The translations under genes and the position numbers were made by a program. Below are positions 50,036 to 62,895 of a DNA stretch of 64,000 nucleotides, piece after piece. Numbering within the stretch: position 1 is the first letter of the stretch; the number at the start of each line of letters is the position of its first letter. The stretch comes from Mobula hypostoma. Its lineage: Eukaryota. The stretch spans positions 57,042,001 through 57,106,000 of the forward strand of contig NC_086108.1 of the NCBI RefSeq assembly GCF_963921235.1, read 5' to 3'. Under the pieces are notes generated by a model that did no database searches, was not told where the DNA came from, and saw only the letters and a program-made list of their open reading frames with translations.

Positions 50036-51450
50036 AATATCGACCCGACCAATGGATGGCCTGGCCTCAGAATGGACATTTAAAAATAATCAACATTAGG
50101 AATGGTTAAATCAATGCCAAGGACCAGTAGATTTTTATAGACAATTTTCTTGATGATCAACAGGGAGGAAACTATTAATTTGCAGCTGATCACAAAATCT
50201 AACCCAAAAGTACAAGTTACTAAAAACACTAGTGGAAGCAGATTACAGGTCTTTAAAAAGTGACCCTGAATAAATAAGAACAAAATAATAAGATGTAGAG
50301 AAACCTTCAAACAATTGGCATGAGGAACATGACAAAATCCTTTCTTCTACGCTATAAAATTCCACTATTTCATAAACGTCCAGCTTTAATATTTTTTATT
50401 ACTCCTAAGCTTGGTTAGAATCGGCTTAATACAGCATCTGTCAAAATGTCAATAGCTAATGAAAATGAGAACCCTTACAGATACTCCAGAAAAGTGTTTT
50501 TTTAAACAAAATTTATAATCAATGTCACTTACCAGAGTTGAATCCGAATTAGGATTGTTCACCTATGCAAATTTGGGTTACTCTAGCTAACACATTCTAG
50601 ACTGAAACTAGATGTTTTTCTAGTACACTGGAGGAATCAGTGAGTAGGAAACTGGATGGGAAAGTGGACTGGGTGGGGAAGTGTGCTAGGATCAAATGAG
50701 ATGTTATTAAATGGTGGAGTATGCTCAAGGGACCACATGGCTCACACTAATTTCTATTTCTAATGCTCAGACACATTCTGATATGCATCTTAAAAATGTT
50801 TACATTAAGAAGTTCCGAAGTAATAATTCTCATGGAATGCAATGAGAAAGCTGAGGCGGCATAGAATGCAATCTAAATAACCAGCATTACAGTCATTCTA
50901 TTTACACTAGCTGGTTGTAAAAGGGTAAGAAATAATTTATCACTGAGCAGTTCCAGGTGGAATTAACACTGCCAAAAGCTGCTTTCTGTTCTATAAGAAC
51001 TCTCGAGGAATATGAAAAAATATGTATTAAAAATTAGGTAATACTATTACAGTTGCCTTTAGAGCACCCACCAAAAAAGCTGTTCAGTTGTTTCCAAAGC
51101 CATGCATGAGGTGCAGTATGAAATGACATTATTCAAAACAAAAGTGCCAATATAGGGCTAACAATTCAACATGTATGAAAATTTTAGTGTCCATTAATTT
51201 AGACATCAACGTTGTTTCACAAATAAAAGCTATGTGAAATAGAACATATTTAATTGGTACAGAATTACATGATTTTTGAGACTGAACTGCAAATATAAAC
51301 AAACACAAATCATTATTTTTTCAGTATGAAGGTATCACTGGTAAGCTCAGCATCTAATGCCCTTCCTTGCTGCAGTCCTTCAGAAGATATTTCCTCAATG
51401 CATTTGGAAAGAAAATTTTAAGATTTAAGATATAAGATAAGAAACTATGT

Positions 51451-51750
51451 CCAGCCAGATATGGGTATCAATTTTAAGCGAGTTTCGATGACAAACTCTG
51501 CCATCTTCATCAGGGTTGATCCCTAGGCATGTGGTCCAATGGTGTATATGTACTGTTACCTGTCCCTCCTTATTGCTTAGTCCTCAGCCAATCAGGAGGA
51601 CGGATGATGAGGATATATATGAAGGTGGCAACCCTGATGACGATGGTGGAGTTTGTCATCGAAACATCAGTTAAAATCAATACCCATATCCGGCTGGAAG
51701 CCTGAGAAGAGTTTATATGTCATATATGGTGGGAAAACACTAGATCCCTT
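51451..51750. mobile_element. Penelope-like terminal-repeat relic of a second family: inverted pair, each arm with a hammerhead motif
   Basis: Arms 51451-51518 and 51629-51697 are reverse complements. Each contains CUGAUGA, a 7-bp stem II and GAAAC. Confidence 0.75.
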
Positions 51751-52384
51751 TTCAAATGGTGGCATGCTTCTAAATAAGAATGATATTTCACCTATAACTT
51801 GTAGTGATATTTTGATTTCTCTTATCCATTTTGGCAATAAAGAATACATGTTTGGGAGAAGCTATTCTGTAGTCAATGTAGTTTGTAAATGCTATATACA
51901 ACAGAGTACTAGAGCAACGGTAATGGTGGTGGGAATGAACATTTAGGGTGGTTGACATGGCGCTAATCAAATGGACTGCTTTGCCTGGATAGTATCAGGC
52001 TTTTAAGTACTACAGATGCATCTGCCCAGCCCAGGGACTATTCCATTAAAGTTTTGATTTCAGCTTTGTGGATAATGGAAATTAGGAGACCACTGGAATA
52101 ATGTCCTATGCAGAATTTATTCATCTCAAATAGCTACCTTTCTTTGTGCATGGTACAATTCCAATGGATTGAAAACTTTTCCCCTTGATTCCATTGAGAT
52201 GAAATTTTACTGTGATCATACTTATACTAAGATTTCTTAACACACTTAGTCAAGTGCTAATATTCAGCTCAGGTTCATATTTAAAAGAAGCAACCCGAAG
52301 ACTTCCAAACTGCAATACACAAGATGCTGGAATAACTCATTTCAGGTACTTACAACTATATAAAAATGAACTTGCCCTTCACAA

Positions 52385-52722
52385 AACTTGGTGTCTGAAA
52401 AGAGGATGTTGTCCAAGTTGCATGCTATCTTGGTCAATGTCTCCCATCCACTACATAATGTACTGTGTGGGCACAGGAGTACATTCAGCCAGAGACGCAA
52501 CACAGAGCGTCTCCTGCCTGTGGTCATCAAACTTTACAACTCCTCCCTTGGAGGGTCAGACACCCTGAGCCAATAGGCTGGTCCTGGACTTATTTCATAA
52601 TTAACTGGCATAATTTACATATTACTACTTAACTATTTATGGTTCTATTACTATTAATTATTTATGGTGCAACTGTAACGAAAACCAATTTCCCCCGGGA
52701 TCAATAAAGTATGACTATGACT
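52385..52722 (+). mobile_element. Rex1/Babar-type LINE 3' end
   Basis: MLSKLHAILVNVSHPLH...LPVVIKLYNS. Tail aataaagtatgactatgact. Confidence 0.75.
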
Positions 52723-52724
52723 AA

Positions 52725-53660
52725 CTTTAAAACCTCTCTCCCAATCCCAACCGGAACCTTAAAAGCATGTCAACCCTATCTATGCCTCTCAAAATTTTAA
52801 TCTCTATCAGGTTTCTCCTCAGGCTTTGACATTCTAGGTCAAACAACCCAAGTTTGTCCAACCTGCCCTGTTAGGTCATACCATCTAAACCATGTAGACT
52901 TCTCGTAAACTTCTTCTGCACTCTTTCCGTAGTCATCCTCCTAATAATGGGATAACCAGAACTGCACACAATACCACTGACTAAAGCTTTATAACTGCAG
53001 CACAACTTCCTTGTTCTTACACTCAATAGCCCTACCAAGGCATGCCATATGCCTTCTTTACCACCTTATCCACTTTGTGAATGATAGAGACCCAAGATCC
53101 CTCTGCACCTCAATACTAATAAGGGGCCTACCATTAACTATCTACTCTTCTTTCTTTCATTTAACCTTGCAAAGTGCAATGCCTTACACTGCCCGGATTA
53201 AGCTCCATCTGCCACATTTCTGTCCATATCTGTAACTGATCTATACTCTATAAAGGACCTTTCTTTGATGGCCCTTTACACTGTCTGCACTCCACCAGTC
53301 TTGGTGTCACCTGCAAACGTGCTAATCCACACATCTACACTTTCATCCAATCATTGATAAATATCACTGTGCTGTTCAAGGACCTCCAACCAGAATAACA
53401 GTTTCTACCCCTACTGTCTTCTATGAGCAAGTCAGTTCTGAATCTGAACTTGCAATTTACCCTGAATCCCATAGATCTTTATGTTCTGCATCAAACTACC
53501 ATAAGGGATCTTATCAAAAACCTTACTACATTTTAGGTGTGACCTGTCCACTGAAATCTTGAAAGCCACGCAGATTGCCCATAAGCAGGCCATGCCTTTC
53601 CAAATGAGCGCATTTCCTATCCCCAAGTATTCTTTCTAAAATCTTTCCTATAACTTATCC
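52725..53660 (-). mobile_element. Degenerate CR1 ORF2 fragment
   Basis: SKVFDKIPYG remnant. Parallels 44230-45300. Confidence 0.75.
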
Positions 53661-54599
53661 AGAATACTTCCCAATTTATCTTGCTTTTGAAAATACACCT
53701 TCTCTTATATGAATAATCCAATATGAAATAGGAAAGTTCATACAATCAAAATGTTTATTGCCAATCCATCATCGCAAATAAAACAAATAGTAATTCCTGC
53801 ACTTGAACTTTAATCAAGTGCCATTTTTTTCTCCATGTAATTAAATGCAATTAAAAGTAAATAGAATTTCAATATATAAATAGCATCTAGACTACAGCAA
53901 TCTATACAACCAATACACGAAGTTAATGAATGCAGTGGGAATCCAGATATCTTAACAAAAATGGTATAATATTTATATTACAAATAAGAGACTGAGAACA
54001 CAAGCTTAACCTCAAATGAGTGAAAAGCAAGTTTCAAATAAAATTCAACAGTACTGTGTAAGTGAATAAATTGCAAGTCACTTCTGTGCAAGTGTTAAGA
54101 ATCAGCATAGAACAAATGCACACAGAGCAAAATCTTTGTACCAATTTCAGAGACCCCCACAATCTTTCTAACAGGTCAATAAAATCAGATTATGAGTTTG
54201 GTTATTAAAACCACATGAATAGTTAACTAAAAGCCATAACTTTATACAATAATTTAGATATTGATGCGGTATCCAAAGGAAAACTGGTAGCCTTTACTGG
54301 TGGGACTCGTAAGAAGCAGAATTTTGAGGCATCCAAAATCAAGATGAGAAGATTGAGTGATAAATATAAATTAACATGAGATCATGAAATGAGAGGCTAG
54401 GAGTTAGGGATAGCCAACAGATCTGAGGACAGGGTTGAGAAGGCTGATGTCGAGATTAAGAATTCTTATTCTCTGATTATTCGGCCTGAGCTGAATCAAA
54501 AGACTGAGGAAATCTTACTGTGACATTTGGTTTAGAGCTTACAGGATTAAAAAAAATCATTTCAAACATTTCTGCACAATGAAGAATATTCACATTAAA

Positions 54600-56390
54600 G
54601 TTATATCACAAGTAGGGGCATCATAATCTGGTTTAATATAACAGACACGTTGTGAAATATGCTGTTCTGTGGCAGTAATACATTGCAATACATAATTTAA
54701 AAACTATAAATTACAAAATATAGAATATATTAAAAATTACATTAGTGCAAAAAAGAGAGGGAAAAATGGTGAGGTAATGTCGATGGATTCATTGTCCATT
54801 CAGAAAACTGATAGCGGAGGGAAAGAAGCTGTTCCTGAAATGTTGAGTGTGTCTCTTCAGACTCCTTGATGGTAGCAATGGGAAGTGGGCATGTCCTGGG
54901 TGATGGCGTTCCTTAATAATGGATGCCACCTTTTTGAAGGTATCCTCGATGCTGCAGAGGCTAGTGCCCATGAAGGAGCTGGCTAAGTTTAAAACTTCTT
55001 GCAGGTTTTCCCGATCCTAAGCAGTGGCCCCTCTCTACCAGACAGTGATGCAACCAGTTAGAATGCTCTCCATGGTACATCTGTAAAAATATGTGAGTGT
55101 CTTTGGTGACATAACCTCTCTCCTCAAATTCTGAATGAAATATAGTCGCTGTCATGTCTTCTTTGTAATTGCATCAGTATGTTGGACCCAGGATAGATCT
55201 TCAGAGATGTTAACACCCAAGAACTTGAAACTGCTCACCTTTTCCACTGCTGATCCCTCAATGAGGACTGGTGAGTTTTCCCTCGATTTCCCCTTCCTGA
55301 AGTCCACAATTCCTTGGTCTTACTGATGTTGAGTGCATGGTTGTTGTTACGACAGCACTCAACCAGCTAATTTATCTTAATCCTGTATGCCTTCTAGACA
55401 CCATCTGAAATTCTGCCAACAATAGTTGTTTCGTCAGCAAATTTATAGACAGCATTTAAGCTGCGCTTAGCCACACTGTTGTAGGTGTAGACAGAGTAAA
55501 GCAGTTGGCTAAGCACACATCCTTGAGGTATAACAGTGTTGACTGTCAATGAAGAGATGTTCATTTTGATCCACATAGATTGTGGTCTCCCAGGGAGGAA
55601 GTCAAGGATCCAGTTGCTGAGGGAGGTACAGAGGCCCAAGTTTTGGAGCTTGTTGAAGTATGATTGTGCTGAACACTGAGCTGTAATCAATAAACAACAG
55701 CCTGGTGTAGGTATTACTATTGTTCAGGGCCAAATGGAGAGCCAGTGAGATTGCATCTGCTGGACACCTAGTGTGGCAATAGGAAAATTGCAAAGGTGCA
55801 GGTCCTTGCTTAGGCAGGAATTGATTCTAGCATGACCAATCTCTCAAAGCACTTCATCATAATGAGTGTGAGTACCATCGGGAAATAATTGTTGAGGCAG
55901 CTCATCTTGATCTTCTTGGACACTGGTATATTTGTCGATTGTCACCCTTTTGAAGCAAATGGGAATCTAAAACTGCAGCTGTAAGAGACTGAAGATGTTC
56001 TTGACTGGCACAAGTTTTCAGAGCCCTACCAGGTACACCATCGGGGCCTGATGCTTTGTGAGGGTCCACCCTCTTGAAAGATGTTCTGACGTCATCCTAT
56101 GAAACAGAGGTCACAGGGTCACTAGATGCCGCAGGGATTTGCACAAGTGTAGTTTTATTCTCCCTTTCAAAGAGTGCATAAAAGGTGTTGAGCTCATCTG
56201 GGAGAGAAGCATCACAGCCATTCATGATATTGGGTTTCATTTTGTAGGAAGTAATGGCCTGTAGATCCCACCAGAGCTGATGTGCATCAATTCCGTCTCT
56301 AACCACAATTGGAATTGTTTTTTTTCACACTCTTAAAATAGTCTTCATAGGTTGTACCTGGACTTCTTGTATAATTCTGGATCACTGGAG
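54600..56390 (-). mobile_element. Rex1/Babar-type LINE, degenerate
   Basis: [47 protein letters not shown] remnants. Confidence 0.88.
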
Positions 56391-58150
56391 AGGAAAACCA
56401 ATCCAGGCATCAAGTAATGAGAACAGACTAAAACAATACCTCACATTATTGATAACAACACTTAAGTCATTCTTAGAACTACAAAGTTGTCTTATTTTCA
56501 AGCTTTACCAGATGTTATTTTTGAACTCAATGAAAACAAGTTATCATTCCCTATAATTCTGAAGTATGAGCTTGCATACAGAACACCTGGTAGTTTTCTG
56601 TTTGAAACAATGATTACTATACTTGGGTTTAGTAGATGCAAGACTAGTGTAAGACTAAACATCAGAATATAATAAAGGATGAATTATTTGACAGGTCCAT
56701 TAAAATGAAAAATGGCTCAGCAATAAAGACATTATTGACAAAAGTATTTAATTTTAGCACAACGGACTACAAAGTTCCACAAAATTGCCTTGAAAATGTA
56801 GTGGTGAACTCCAGAGTATTTGATGTAATCACCTCACATTTGCCCAGCAACTCACAAAAGGAAATACTAGCAGAAAAACCCATTCATTAACAAATAACTA
56901 AATCGAAAGCAGCAGTGGCTTTGCAATGAAATTGTATTAACTACATGTCCTGATGAAAGGTCTTGGCTAGAAACGCCAATTGCTTATTCACCTCCATAGC
57001 TGCTGCCTGATCTGCTGAGTTCCTTCTGCATTTTGCTTGTTGTTCTGGATTTCCAGCATCTACAAAATCTCATGTTTAGCATTAACTGTTGGAGGTTTTC
57101 TGGACCTGTGTTTATTTAGTTGTGTTGACAAGGATTCTAAGCTAAGCCATGGTATTATTTGTGACCAGGTGAAGTTCATTGTGCCAAACATAGAATTTTA
57201 AGTCCCAAGTCTAGTTTATTATCATATACACAAGAAAATGCATGTGCAATGAAAAACTTACCTGCAGCAGCATCATACAAAAAGCATTCACAACATTAAA
57301 TATAAACAATACACAATTTTTACAACAAAGAACACAAGTAAGACAAAAAAAAGCCCATAGTCAGCGGGACTCATGTATAATGCCTGTTATAGAGCAGCCT
57401 ACACCTTAATAGATGGCAGGGTTATCCTGCACCCTATTGGTGCTGATTAACTGCACAGGGACATCGTCCTGACCAAAAGATGTTAGAAAGTTCACTCTTA
57501 GCATGGTTAGTTAAATCCATGCAGGAGAGCACTGAAGTCCATAACAATAGTTGATGCCAGTATTCCTTCTACAGGATGTACTTTTACATAACAATTTCAG
57601 TTAGGCTGGAGACCATGGTGCAAGATAGAACCAAGACAGCGGCCTAAAAAGCTTTCTGGATAAAGATAGACATGTAATATTTGAGTTGCTTGGTTGTTTC
57701 AATTACTTCCAAGAGGAATTAGGTGGCTCAGAACACGGCTACAGAAGAAAAGTTGGCCTGAGAACTCCTGCAAGAAAGCCAAGTTGCAACTGATTCAAAA
57801 TATGATCACCTGTTTAAATTTCATGGTGATTTTGTAGAACCTTCCAGATTAAGTGTGTAGCAAAATTATATCTCTAGCAATTATGACCCTTAAGTGGAGA
57901 ATAAATGGCATAAGTAACTAAAAATCTAGCAAACACTATTGGTAACAGTATCACTCAGAGGCCTGTGGTATACAGCTTCTAAAACTAAACTAAAAACTGG
58001 AACAAAGTAAGTTTTATTTAAGAAGAGAAATACTCAAGCATTTCTTGCCCAACATCAAACAGGCAAAACTGGTTTTGGTCAGTTCTGAACAGGTAGCAAT
58101 TGGGAACATGCTGCAAAGCATTTAAAGCAGTACACATTTAATGTGACGTA

Positions 58151-59772
58151 TAGTTGCACAAAAAAGTTTGAGAAGCATTTGCAATTACCCAGTTTTTTGC
58201 ATTAATTGCTCATAAAATTAGGTCCGAACTTCATCGAAGTCATAACAACAGACAAAAACAATATGCCAGAACTAATAACATACAAACAATTGTACTTTTC
58301 GTGTCTTTATTGAAGACATTGTTTAATCATTCACAGTCCAAACTGGAAAACATATGTGAACGCTTGTATTTAATAACTGGTAGAACTGCCTTTAGCAGCA
58401 ATAACCTCCACCAAATGTTTCCTGTAGCTGCTGATCAGACTTGCACAACAGTGAGAGGGAATTTTGGACCATACAAAACTGCTTCAGTTCATCAGTATTT
58501 CTGTGAAACCTTGTATGAACAGCCCTCTTCAGATCATGCCACAGCATTGCAATTCAGTTAAGACCTGGACTCTTTAACTATGCCATTCCAAAATACAAAT
58601 TTTCTTCTTTTTAAACCATTCTGTTGTTGATTTACTCTTGTGTTTTGAATCGTTGTTCCGTTGCACCATCCAACCTCTATTAAGCTTCAGGTGATGGACG
58701 CTACCCTGACATTCTCCTGTAAAATGTCTTCATACCATTTTGAATTAATTGTTCACTCAACATTTGGATGCTACCCAGGCCATAAGCAGCAAAGAAGCCC
58801 TAAACCATGATGCTCCTTCCACCATGCTTAACAGTTGGATGAGGTTTTAGTGTTGGTGTGCAGTGCCCTTTGTCCTCCAAACATAGCAATGTGCATTTGT
58901 GCCAAAAAATTCAACTTTTGTCTCATCTGTCCACAAAAAAACTCAACAAGAATGGCGTTCATGGAAGGACACCGTGGAGGAAACCACTGTGCTCCAAAAA
59001 AAAACACATCACTGCATGTCTCAAGTTTTTAAAAGACCACCTGGTCTACAATTGTAGAACATCCATTTCTTGTTCAGTGTCTTTGTTATAGTGGACACAT
59101 GAACAGAGACTTTAGTAAGTTCTAGATACTTCTGCAGGTCTTTGGCTGTTACCCTTGGGTCCTATTTCACTTGCTTCAGCATTGCATGTTGTATTTGGTG
59201 TGATCTTTATAGGATGCTCACTCCCAGAGAGAATAGCAACAGTACTGAATTTTCTCCATTTGTAGACAATTTCTCTTACTGTGGACTGATGAACACTCAG
59301 GTCTTTAGAAATGCTTCTGTAGCCTTTTCCAGCTTCATGTGTCCCTACAATTCTTGCTCTAAGGTCCTCTGAAAGTTGTTTTGATCGAGGCATGGTGCAC
59401 ATAAACAGATCTTTCTTAAGAAGAGCAATCTCAGTCAGTAACCTGACTTTGTATGTGTGCGTTTTTTTATATCTAGGGCACGGCACCTCTACAAACCACA
59501 CCTCAAATCTCATTTCAGCGATTGGAACAGCTGACTCCAAATAGCTTTTGTGGAAGGCATACCCCAGAGGTTCACATACTTTTTTGAACCTGGACTGTGA
59601 TTGTTTAAATGATGTACTCAATATTGACAAGAGGAAGTGCAGTGTTATTAGTTTAGTCAGATTGTATTTGTCTATTATTGCGACTCAGATGAAGGTCAGA
59701 CCATACTTAATGAGTAATTATTGCAGAAATCCAGGTAATTGCAAAGGGTTCACTAACTTTTTCTTGCAACTG
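58151..59772 (-). mobile_element. Tc1-like transposon, full-length but degenerate, with an internal inversion
   Basis: TA-flanked long TIRs (tagttgcacaaaaaagtttgagaagcatttgcaattacc / ggtaattgcaaagggttcactaactttttcttgcaactg). MPRSKQLSEDLRARIV...GKGYRSISK...STVREIVYKW, plus WTDETK and HGGGSIMV remnants. Confidence 0.92.
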
Positions 59773-60968
59773 TATGTAACTAGGAAAGTAAAGCAGTGTT
59801 GACTATAAAGTTGAACGCACATACTACAGATTAAAAATGTATATTTCAACATAGACTGGTATTCCACTTGATGCTACAGACTCTCCTACTGCAAAGCAGC
59901 AATATGTCTGGAAATCCAAACACAGGTACCTAACCGTACTTTAAAAAGACATCAACTCACCGTGCATGTTGTTTTGTTTGGATCCTGGCACAATGCATCC
60001 ACCCTCCCCTGCCACCCCCCCCCACCCCCCACAATCCTGCCCTGGTAAACCCTCTTCATCTCACACTGCAGCAATGAAGCAATTACCTCACTGCTGCATG
60101 GCTTTGTGTAGAGTGAGCCACTGAGACAATTAGGCTACACATGAGGATTGTGCTGCCACACACTAGAAATTCAAGGCTCATGTTGCAACTTGGCCAACAC
60201 AGTGAATGCGGACTATTGCAGGGGTCCAAAAATGGCTTGCTCCATGTGTTGAAACATCACTGGGAACCTACAGTCTCTATCATGTATTCCTGCTGCAGAA
60301 ATGACTGCTGAGTTAGTCAGGAGTTCATAATCCCTTTTATGCTATGGACTCCTACCATTAACCGAGGGGTCTGTGAACCCCAGAGGGAAAGAGCTGCTCA
60401 TTTCAAGAGTGGGAGACAGCATCTTCTATCATTTCTAACAGGCAGTGATTAGACAGACCATAGGATCCTTGGTATCTGGTGATCTATGAAAACATGGAGC
60501 AGCTGCTGCAAATCCCCAGCAATGACCTGCAGTGTTGCAGCTCTGACGCAGTGCTGAGCCTGTATCTCAATGCTGAGAACTGCACCACTTACACTCTGTC
60601 CAGCATCAGCCCTCACGGGCAGCTTTGCACACTGCTTCAGTGACTCACTCCAGCTATGCCATGAATAGATGAGATCATTTTTCATTGCTGGGAAAGCGCC
60701 AGTGGAGGGCTGAGCCTTCCAAATTTCTGGAACAGCAGCGCACAGTAGCCAAAAGAGTAATGGTTTGCACTAAGTTCCTGGCACAGCACCACTGCCCCAT
60801 TAGGGCAGAAATCAGCAGGAAGCAGCTTGAACAAAGTAGGAAAAGTGAGTTGCCTATGGAGGAAATGCCATAGTTCACATCTGGATAAATGAAGGTGTAG
60901 CTGAAGAAGGTGAGTATAATTACTTGAAGATGTGCAGAAAGACAGAACAGAATTTCTTTTTTTTCCCA

Positions 60969-61673
60969 GTAAGGTGGTTGCGTGCATGGACGCAGCAGCC
61001 TCCGCGGGTCCAATCAAGGTAAGGTGCATTTGTCCATCATGTACATCTTTTTACTACGATTGCAAGTCACTGCTGGATACCAAGAACATCAAATACTGCA
61101 GAACTATCCCATCAGTGAGTTGCTCGATAGCGATGGAGCTGGAGTTATTGCGTAACATTGTGTTGTCACCTGGATTTCTTACGTATCGTTGTGCTGAGAT
61201 GATCCAAAGTGTGAATGATTGTCTTAGTCTTTTTTATTCAGATGGCAAGACCCAGTAAAATATTGGTAGTATAGTATACTGCAGTCAGTTTCACTGCTTC
61301 ACTGGGGTGGCCAACAGTGGGGAGGGGGAAGGGAGTTGCATTGCCTTGGTTGTGGTGAGGACTTGGCCCAGGCATGGGAGCGCCTCTGTGGGGCACAATG
61401 TAATCTGTACTGGGTTGGGGCCTATTGCTGCTGCCCCCCCTCCCAGGTGTTTGCTTGGTGGAAGAACAAGCTGTACCAGGAGTATAGTCATGCCACACAG
61501 GGACTAGAGCTTTTCTCTCCCCCTTTGTGACTGTATGTTTTTCTGAAATTATGATCATATGTGCTATTTGTGCTATGTGCTGTTGGCAATGTGTGCTTCA
61601 CCTTAGCCCCAGAGGAACACCATTTCACTTGGCTATATTCATGTATGGTTGAATGGTAATTAAACGACCTTGA
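60969..61673 (+). repeat. Dispersed non-coding repeat with a LINE-like 3' tail (same family as 308-880)
   Basis: Similar to 308-880. Ends gaatggtaattaaacgaccttgaa, resembling the aataaacttga(a)cttga tails of Rex-type LINEs. Confidence 0.55.
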
Positions 61674-62895
61674 AAGAGGGCCAAGTTCTGAGATTTGTTG
61701 GGGAGCAGGATATTGTAGAAATATCTGTACAGATGTTTCATTTTGTGCAGTGATTTGAACACAAAGGGATTTGAAAATTGATTCTGTATTAAATCAAACC
61801 ATAGGAACTGTTATTTACTGTCCTCAATCCATTTATTATTCAACTTTGCAGTGCAGTTAATCAGAGATAACAGTCATTACATCATACAACCTGAGCTGCC
61901 TACAGTGCAGCACCAGTGTAGTTTCATGGTAACTGCCGAATGCTCCCTTATGCCTCATTACAAACACTGTGCTGCATGTACTATTTCTATTCTACAGCTC
62001 TGATTTGGTTCAAGCTGTCATTGCTTTCAGCTTTGAAAACAATGAAAATAAGCTTCCAAATGTTATATTTTCATTGAAAACAAATTGAAGCAATATAAAA
62101 ATAAATTCAAATTTAAAGACAAATCTGATACTCATCACCACCTACTCCCTGGCTACAGTGGGAGGAGTTTGTGACATCACTCTGCATATAACTGTATGGA
62201 TTGTCAGCAACACACAATCTGTTAAAAGAAATCTGAGTTCGGTCAGCAGATTGTGTGTTGCTCCAGGTTCCAGTATCTGCGATCTTGTCTCCTGTGTATG
62301 GAATTGCCAATCTACTTTTTAATTCTGAAGAATTACTTCAAATTATAGTCATTCCTATTGATGCAACACTTCTCTGGTGATAATCTCTTTTCCCAACCTC
62401 CTGTTCTTCTCACTATTATTATGTCTGATTTGCCAGTTCTATATGGGTCTGCAGCTGCAAATTCAGTTCAGAAAGAAAGACACTCTGGGAGAGCCTTGTG
62501 CCCCAAGACAGAACACATTCATTTCCACACAGAACATTTAAAAAATAAATATTTACTTCAAAAGTTTATTTTATGTATGAAAGTCAACATAGATACACAC
62601 CCATAGTCATTTATCAAACATTCATCTATATTAATCCTATCTTTCAGCACATCCTTACACTGGCAATTCACGTGGTCATCCAAATACTTTTAAAGTACTG
62701 ACAGATGGCCAGTCCCCACCTCTGCTTCTGCCTCAGGTGTTGTACTGTAGATTCCAACCACACCCTGGATAATAAAAAAAAATTTCTACACATTCCCTTT
62801 AAACGTCCTGCCTCTTACCCTAAATGTAACCTCCCCACCCACTCCCTGCTTGTTTTGGATACCGGCGCTATGAGATGTTTTTAATCTACACCAAG

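Noticed and set aside
60970..61018. Apparent plus-strand mini-exon (tttcccag|...caag|gtaagg) suggesting an antisense lncRNA
   Set aside because: It coincides with the 5' end of a dispersed repeat, and the flanking 60-nt 'intron' is implausibly short. There is no other support.
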